Positions 5,336-9,230 of a stretch of DNA of 9,230 bases are shown here, in pieces (the first letter of the stretch is position 1; every line of letters begins with the position of its first letter). This stretch comes from a virus (lineage: Duplodnaviria > Heunggongvirae > Uroviricota > Caudoviricetes). The notes under the pieces were generated by a model. That model was not told the DNA's origin, made no database searches, and worked only from the letters and a program-made list of their open reading frames with translations. Where the stretch lies: the IMG/VR virus record IMGVR_UViG_2740892218_000012. One strand, 5' to 3'. Position numbers and translations under genes: made by a program.

Positions 5336-7807
5336 ATGAGTAAAGTCTTTATTTGCGCCGCCATTCCGGACGAACAGGCAATAAAGGAAGAAGGTGCAAT
5401 TGCTGTAGCCACTGCCATTGAAGCCGGTGACGAACGCCGCGCCCGTGCCAAATTTACCTGGCAATTCCTGGAGCAATATCCGGCTGCTCAGGACTGCGCT
5501 TATAAATTTCTTGTCTGCGAGGATAAACCCGGCATGCCCCGCCCTGCTATCGACTCCTGGGATACCGAATATATGCAGGAAAACCGCTGGGATGAGGAAT
5601 CCGCTTCCTTTATTCCGGTCGAACCAGAATCCGATCCGATGAACGTCAATTTTGACAAGCTGTCCCTTGAAGTACAGAACGCGGTCCTGGTTAAGTTCGG
5701 TACATGTGAAAACATCACCGTTGATATGGTGATTAGTGCTCAGGAATTACTGCAGGAGGACATGGCAACATTCGACGGGCATATCGTTGAGGCATTGATG
5801 AAAATGCCTGAAGTTAACGTCATGTATTCAGAGCTTAAGCTGCTCGCCATCGGGTGGGTTAAACATAAATGTAAGCCGGGTGCAAAATGGCCTGAGATCC
5901 AGACAGAATTACGCACCTGGAAAAAACGTCGCGAAGCCGAACGCAAAGAAACCGGGAAATACACGTCTGTTGTTGATCTTGCCCGCGCCAGAGTCAACCG
6001 GCAGAACACTGAAAATTCAGTAGCGAAAATCCCCCCAGCCACTGCCACCATTCGTCGCGAATACAAGCAGACATGGAAAACACTGGATGATGAACTGGCC
6101 TACGCTCTGTGGCCTGGTGACATTGATACCGGAAACATTGACGGCAGCATCCATCGCTGGGCAAAAAATGAAGTTATCGACAACGACCGCGAAGACTGGA
6201 AGCGTATCTCGGCATCAATGCGCAAACAGCCTGATGCCCTTCGCTACGACCGCCAGACTATTTTTGGCCTTGTCCGTGAACGTCCGATCGACATTCACAA
6301 AGCCCCTGTGGCACTGAACAAATACATTACTGAATACCTGACTACAAAGGGCGTGTTTGAAGATGAAGGAACAAATCAGAGCGCAACTGATACTCTCTCG
6401 TCGCCAGTACCAGAAACTGATGCAGTGGAAACGGCAATTCCGGACAACGAAAAAACCGAATGCAAAGTGGAAGTCGAACCATCTGTAGAGCGTGAAGGGC
6501 CGTTCTACTTCCTCTTCACCGACAAGGATGGCGAAAAATATGGTCGCGCAAACAAACTTTCTGGTCTGAATAAGGCGCTGACTGCAGGGGCTACTGAAAT
6601 CACGAAAGAAGAATATTTTGCCCGCAAAAACGGTACATACTCAGGTTCACAACAAAATACTGGTGCATCTGACACGACCGCACAACCAGAGCCGGTAAAA
6701 GTTACCGCTGAAGAAGTAAACAAAATTATGCAGGCAGCCAATATCAGCCAGCCTGACGCCGATAAGTTGCTTGCTGCCTCTCGCGGAGAATTTGTTGCAG
6801 GGATTAGCGACCCGAATGATCCGAAATGGGTGAAGGGGATTGAAACCCGCGACTCTGTAAACCAGAACCAGCAAGAATCGGAACAGAACGACCAGAAAAC
6901 GGAACAAAACAGCCCAAATGCGCAACAAAACGAGCCAGAAACGAAACAGGTTGAACCAGTAGCGCAACAGGAGCCGGAAAAAGCCTGCACCGCCTGCGGT
7001 CAGACCGGCGGCGGTAGCTGCCCTGATTGTGGTGCGGTGATGGGCGACGCAACATACCAGGAAATATTCGATGAAGAGAATCAGCCTGAAGTTCAGGAAA
7101 ATGATCCGGAGGAAATGGAAGGCACTGCGCATCAGCACAAGGAGAACACTGGCGGCAATCAGCATCATGCCAGCGATAGTGAAACTGGCGAGGCGTCAGA
7201 TCCCTTAATTAAGGCGAACGGTCATCATAATCTCACATCCACCAGCAGAGCGGGGATTCATCTGATGATCGACCTTGAAACCATGGGAAAAAATCCTGAT
7301 GCCCCGATTATCTCAATAGGTGCAATATTTTTCGATCCGCAAACCGGAGATATGGGACCGGAATTTAGTAAGACTGTCGATCTGGAAACTGCTGGCGGAG
7401 TCATTGATCGGGACACCATTAAATGGTGGCTTAAGCAATCACGCGAAGCGCAATCTGCCATTATGACCGATGAAATCCCGTTAGATGATGCACTGTTACA
7501 ATTGCGGGAATTTATCGACGAAAACTCCGGTGAATTTTTTGTTCAGGTCTGGGGAAATGGAGCAAACTTCGACAACACGATTTTGCGCCGTTCATACGAA
7601 CGGCAGGGGATCCCCTGCCCGTGGCGTTACTACAACGATCGCGATATACGCACAATCGTTGAGCTGGGGAAAGCCATAGACTTCGATGCCAGAACTGCTA
7701 TCCCATTCGAAGGTGAGCGCCATAATGCACTTGATGACGCTCGTTACCAGGCAAAATACGTTTCAGCTATCTGGCAAAAACTGATCCCGAGTCAGGCTGA
7801 TTTTTAA
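5336..7807 (+). CDS. Large prophage exonuclease, 823 aa: N-terminal region of unknown function, acidic Q/E/N-rich linker, CxxC-x7-CxxC zinc-ribbon motif, C-terminal DnaQ-like DEDDh 3'-5' exonuclease domain
   Basis: C-terminal motifs MIDLETMG (Exo I, DxE), WGNGANFDNTIL (Exo II) and HNALDDARY (Exo III, H-x4-D) are diagnostic of the DEDDh fold. CTACGQTGGGSCPDCG is encoded at about 6986..7030. Occupies the exo/recE slot of the pL operon; such genes are often auto-annotated exodeoxyribonuclease VIII. Confidence 0.85.
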   Translation: MSKVFICAAIPDEQAIKEEGAIAVATAIEAGDERRARAKFTWQFLEQYPAAQDCAYKFLVCEDKPGMPRPAIDSWDTEYMQENRWDEESASFIPVEPESDPMNVNFDKLSLEVQNAVLVKFGTCENITVDMVISAQELLQEDMATFDGHIVEALMKMPEVNVMYSELKLLAIGWVKHKCKPGAKWPEIQTELRTWKKRREAERKETGKYTSVVDLARARVNRQNTENSVAKIPPATATIRREYKQTWKTLDDELAYALWPGDIDTGNIDGSIHRWAKNEVIDNDREDWKRISASMRKQPDALRYDRQTIFGLVRERPIDIHKAPVALNKYITEYLTTKGVFEDEGTNQSATDTLSSPVPETDAVETAIPDNEKTECKVEVEPSVEREGPFYFLFTDKDGEKYGRANKLSGLNKALTAGATEITKEEYFARKNGTYSGSQQNTGASDTTAQPEPVKVTAEEVNKIMQAANISQPDADKLLAASRGEFVAGISDPNDPKWVKGIETRDSVNQNQQESEQNDQKTEQNSPNAQQNEPETKQVEPVAQQEPEKACTACGQTGGGSCPDCGAVMGDATYQEIFDEENQPEVQENDPEEMEGTAHQHKENTGGNQHHASDSETGEASDPLIKANGHHNLTSTSRAGIHLMIDLETMGKNPDAPIISIGAIFFDPQTGDMGPEFSKTVDLETAGGVIDRDTIKWWLKQSREAQSAIMTDEIPLDDALLQLREFIDENSGEFFVQVWGNGANFDNTILRRSYERQGIPCPWRYYNDRDIRTIVELGKAIDFDARTAIPFEGERHNALDDARYQAKYVSAIWQKLIPSQADF

Positions 7808-7822
7808 TGTTCAACCCTAATT

Positions 7823-7848
7823 GCCGCTAACCGTATATAGTTAGCGGC
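7823..7848 (+). other. Perfect 9-bp inverted repeat with 8-nt loop between the exonuclease gene and xis (hairpin or protein-binding palindrome)
   Basis: gccgctaac (7823..7831), loop cgtatata, gttagcggc (7840..7848). No U-tract follows, so it is not a canonical intrinsic terminator. Confidence 0.35.
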
Positions 7849-7859
7849 GGTTATGAGAT

Positions 7860-8069
7860 ATGGCTATGAGCAGCTTATTTTTAACCGAAGATGAATTGCT
7901 AACATTAACGGGCTGCAAATATGCAAGCCACCAGCGAAAATGGTTAATGGAAAACGGGCTTCCGTTCTATACCAATCGTAGTGGCAAACCGATTGTCAGC
8001 CGGGATCTATTTACCTGCAATAAAACTTTACCACCACGCGAGGTAGAGCCGAATTTTGGTGCAATCTGA
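7860..8069 (+). CDS. Putative excisionase / recombination directionality factor
   Basis: 69-aa ORF immediately upstream of int, with its stop overlapping the int start (ATGA at 8066..8069), the classic xis-int arrangement. Assignment is by position and size only. Confidence 0.5.
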   Translation: MAMSSLFLTEDELLTLTGCKYASHQRKWLMENGLPFYTNRSGKPIVSRDLFTCNKTLPPREVEPNFGAI

Positions 8070-9094
8070 TGGGAAGACGAAGGAAAAATCCTGAACACGA
8101 AAAATTACCTCCAAATGTATACCCAAATAAATATAGTTATGTATGGAAACCAACATCCAGAGAATCTGTCACACTAACCGCCATCAAGGATGGTTTAGCT
8201 GCTTTATGGAAAAAGTATGAGGAAACTGTAAATAATCGCGATCGCGCAATGACATTCGGTCGCTTGTGGGAAAAATTCCTCGCCAGCGCCTATTACAGTG
8301 ACCTCAGTCCAAGAACACAAAAAGATTATCTGCAACATCAAAAAAAGTTGCTTGCCGTATTCGGTAAGGTGCCGGCAGATTCCATAAAACCAGAACACAT
8401 CCGTCGATACATGGACAAGAGAGGGGAACAGAGTAAAACGCAAGCCAACCATGAAAAAAGCAGTATGTCCCGCGTTTACAGTTGGGGGTATGAGCGAGGG
8501 TACGTGAAGGGTAACCCATGTGCAGGTGTAAGTAAATTCAAGGCCAAAAACCGCGAACGATATGTAACCGACAAAGAATACCAGGCAGTATTAAGTGTTG
8601 CACCTCTTCCTGTTTTTATCGCAATGGAAATTGCCTATCTGTGTGCAGCGAGGGTTTCCGATGTGTTATCACTGAAATGGGAGCAGATTGGAAACGACGG
8701 GATCTTTATCCAGCAAGGGAAAACAGGGAAAAAACAGATAAAAGCATGGAGTCCACGATTACAGGCGGCGATCGAAAAAGCAAAACAGTTACCAACATCT
8801 GCCTATGTAATCAGCAATCAATATGGCAACCGATATATGTACAAAGGTTTTAACGAAATGTGGGTAGAAGCAAGAAATCACGCAGGCAAAATTTCAGGTA
8901 TTTTAACCGACTTCACCTTTCATGATCTGAAGGCGAAAGGAATTTCAGACTATGAAGGAAGCAGCCGGGATAAGCAACTTTTCTCTGGTCACAAAACCGA
9001 AGGGCAAGTGCTAATCTATGACAGAAAGGTTAAAGTTTCACCAACACTTGATGTCCCGTTACCTGATAATATTCCAAGAAAATATTCCAAGTAA
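8069..9094 (+). CDS. Lambda-family tyrosine integrase, 341 aa
   Basis: N-terminus MGRRRKNPEHEKLPPNVY resembles the lambda Int arm-binding domain (MGRRRSHERRDLPPNLY). Catalytic-region motifs present: AARVSDV (Arg I), QGKTGKK (Lys), FHDLKAKG (His, with Lys where Arg II is expected), SGHKTEG (His), LIYDRK (Tyr). Adjacent to a tRNA 3' end. Confidence 0.9.
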   Translation: MGRRRKNPEHEKLPPNVYPNKYSYVWKPTSRESVTLTAIKDGLAALWKKYEETVNNRDRAMTFGRLWEKFLASAYYSDLSPRTQKDYLQHQKKLLAVFGKVPADSIKPEHIRRYMDKRGEQSKTQANHEKSSMSRVYSWGYERGYVKGNPCAGVSKFKAKNRERYVTDKEYQAVLSVAPLPVFIAMEIAYLCAARVSDVLSLKWEQIGNDGIFIQQGKTGKKQIKAWSPRLQAAIEKAKQLPTSAYVISNQYGNRYMYKGFNEMWVEARNHAGKISGILTDFTFHDLKAKGISDYEGSSRDKQLFSGHKTEGQVLIYDRKVKVSPTLDVPLPDNIPRKYSK

Positions 9095-9101
9095 TTCCAA
9101 G
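9071..9101 (+). repeat. Three direct repeats of ATTCCAAG at the int 3' end, candidate integrase arm-type (P'-like) binding sites
   Basis: attccaag at 9071..9078, 9084..9091 and 9094..9101, about 50-75 bp from the tRNA 3' end. Lambda P' arm sites are direct repeats in the equivalent position. Confidence 0.35.
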
Positions 9102-9146
9102 TGTGATTTTTGTCACTGACTTAATGATGTGTAAGTGATTGAATTT

Positions 9147-9230
9147 TGGCGGAGAGAGGGGGATTTGAACCCCCGGTGGAGTTGCCCCCACTCCGGTTTT
9201 CGAGACCGGTCCGTTCAGCCGCTCCGGCAT
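9147..9230 (-). tRNA. serU: tRNA-Ser (anticodon CGA), 3' 84 nt including the encoded CCA; the 5' 6 nt lie beyond the window edge
   Basis: Reverse complement of 9147..9230 reads ATGCCGGAGCGGCTGAACGGACCGGTCTCGAAAACCGGAGTGGGGGCAACTCCACCGGGGGTTCAAATCCCCCTCTCTCCGCCA. Anticodon stem CCGGT/ACCGG with loop CTCGAAA (anticodon CGA), long variable arm GTGGGG-GCAA-CTCCAC, T-arm GGGGG-TTCAAAT-CCCCC, acceptor 3' strand plus CCA. Confidence 0.85.

Larger units (their letters stand above)
1..9146. mobile_element. Integrase-proximal part of a lambdoid (Rac-like) prophage: replication module, immunity switch, accessory/kil region, exonuclease, xis-int, ending next to a tRNA-Ser gene
   Basis: Gene order and orientation mirror lambda (cro-side replication operon, repressor flanked by operator clusters, pL-like operon ending in xis-int reading toward a tRNA 3' end). 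Protein sizes match the Rac set (158, 98, 141, 248, 73, 50 aa). Int N-terminus MGRRR...LPPN.Y resembles lambda Int. Confidence 0.8.

Noticed and set aside
5418-7679. Nine short or medium ORFs nested in or antisense to the 823-aa exonuclease gene (5418..5642, 5500..5718, 5740..6066, 6087..6317, 6505..6990, 6647..7168, 6804..7055, 7258..7461, 7485..7679)
   Set aside because: All lie within one long, motif-supported ORF. Their translations are Cys/Phe/Leu- or Arg-rich, typical of off-frame reads.
5336-7807. Calling the 823-aa protein RecE (exodeoxyribonuclease VIII)
   Set aside because: Size and position fit RecE, but the visible C-terminal motifs are DEDDh (DnaQ-like), not the PD-(D/E)XK fold I associate with RecE. 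No recT-like gene follows. Gene symbol left blank.
8204-8853. Short ORFs nested in the integrase gene (8204..8452 -, 8304..8519 -, 8641..8853 +)
   Set aside because: Antisense or off-frame shadows of the integrase ORF.
9030-9230. 66-aa minus-strand ORF at the right edge
   Set aside because: It is the in-frame translation of the tRNA-Ser gene itself plus the int 3' end, a classic spurious ORF across a tRNA.

Overview
This window looks like the integrase-proximal ~9.1 kb of a lambdoid, Rac-like prophage from an Escherichia-type enterobacterium, ending at a tRNA-Ser(CGA) gene at the right edge. All calls rest on reading the sequence and the ORF track plus remembered family features; no database search was possible. 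The layout is a mirror image of phage lambda. From left to right: a partial small gene (minus strand); a DnaC-like helicase loader (YdaV-like); a replication initiator (O/YdaU-like) that is split by a frameshift at an A6 run and contains a 15-bp-periodic iteron array; a YdaT-like gene; a Cro-type HTH gene (YdaS-like); three 17-bp palindromic operators; a RacR-like repressor (plus strand); two more operators overlapping a consensus sigma70 promoter; then a plus-strand operon of a YdaF-like small gene, an unrecognised 212-aa ORF, a DicF-like sRNA, a KilR-like gene, an 823-aa protein with a C-terminal DnaQ-like (DEDDh) exonuclease domain, an excisionase-like gene and a lambda-family integrase. 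The most likely place for something undescribed is the AT-rich cassette at 3574..4434: the 212-aa ORF and a convergent 69-73-aa ORF whose stop codons abut, sitting in the slot where lambdoid prophages usually carry exclusion or defence cargo. Other points worth a second look are the frameshifted initiator, the exonuclease architecture with no annealase partner, and a Lys in place of the second catalytic Arg of the integrase.
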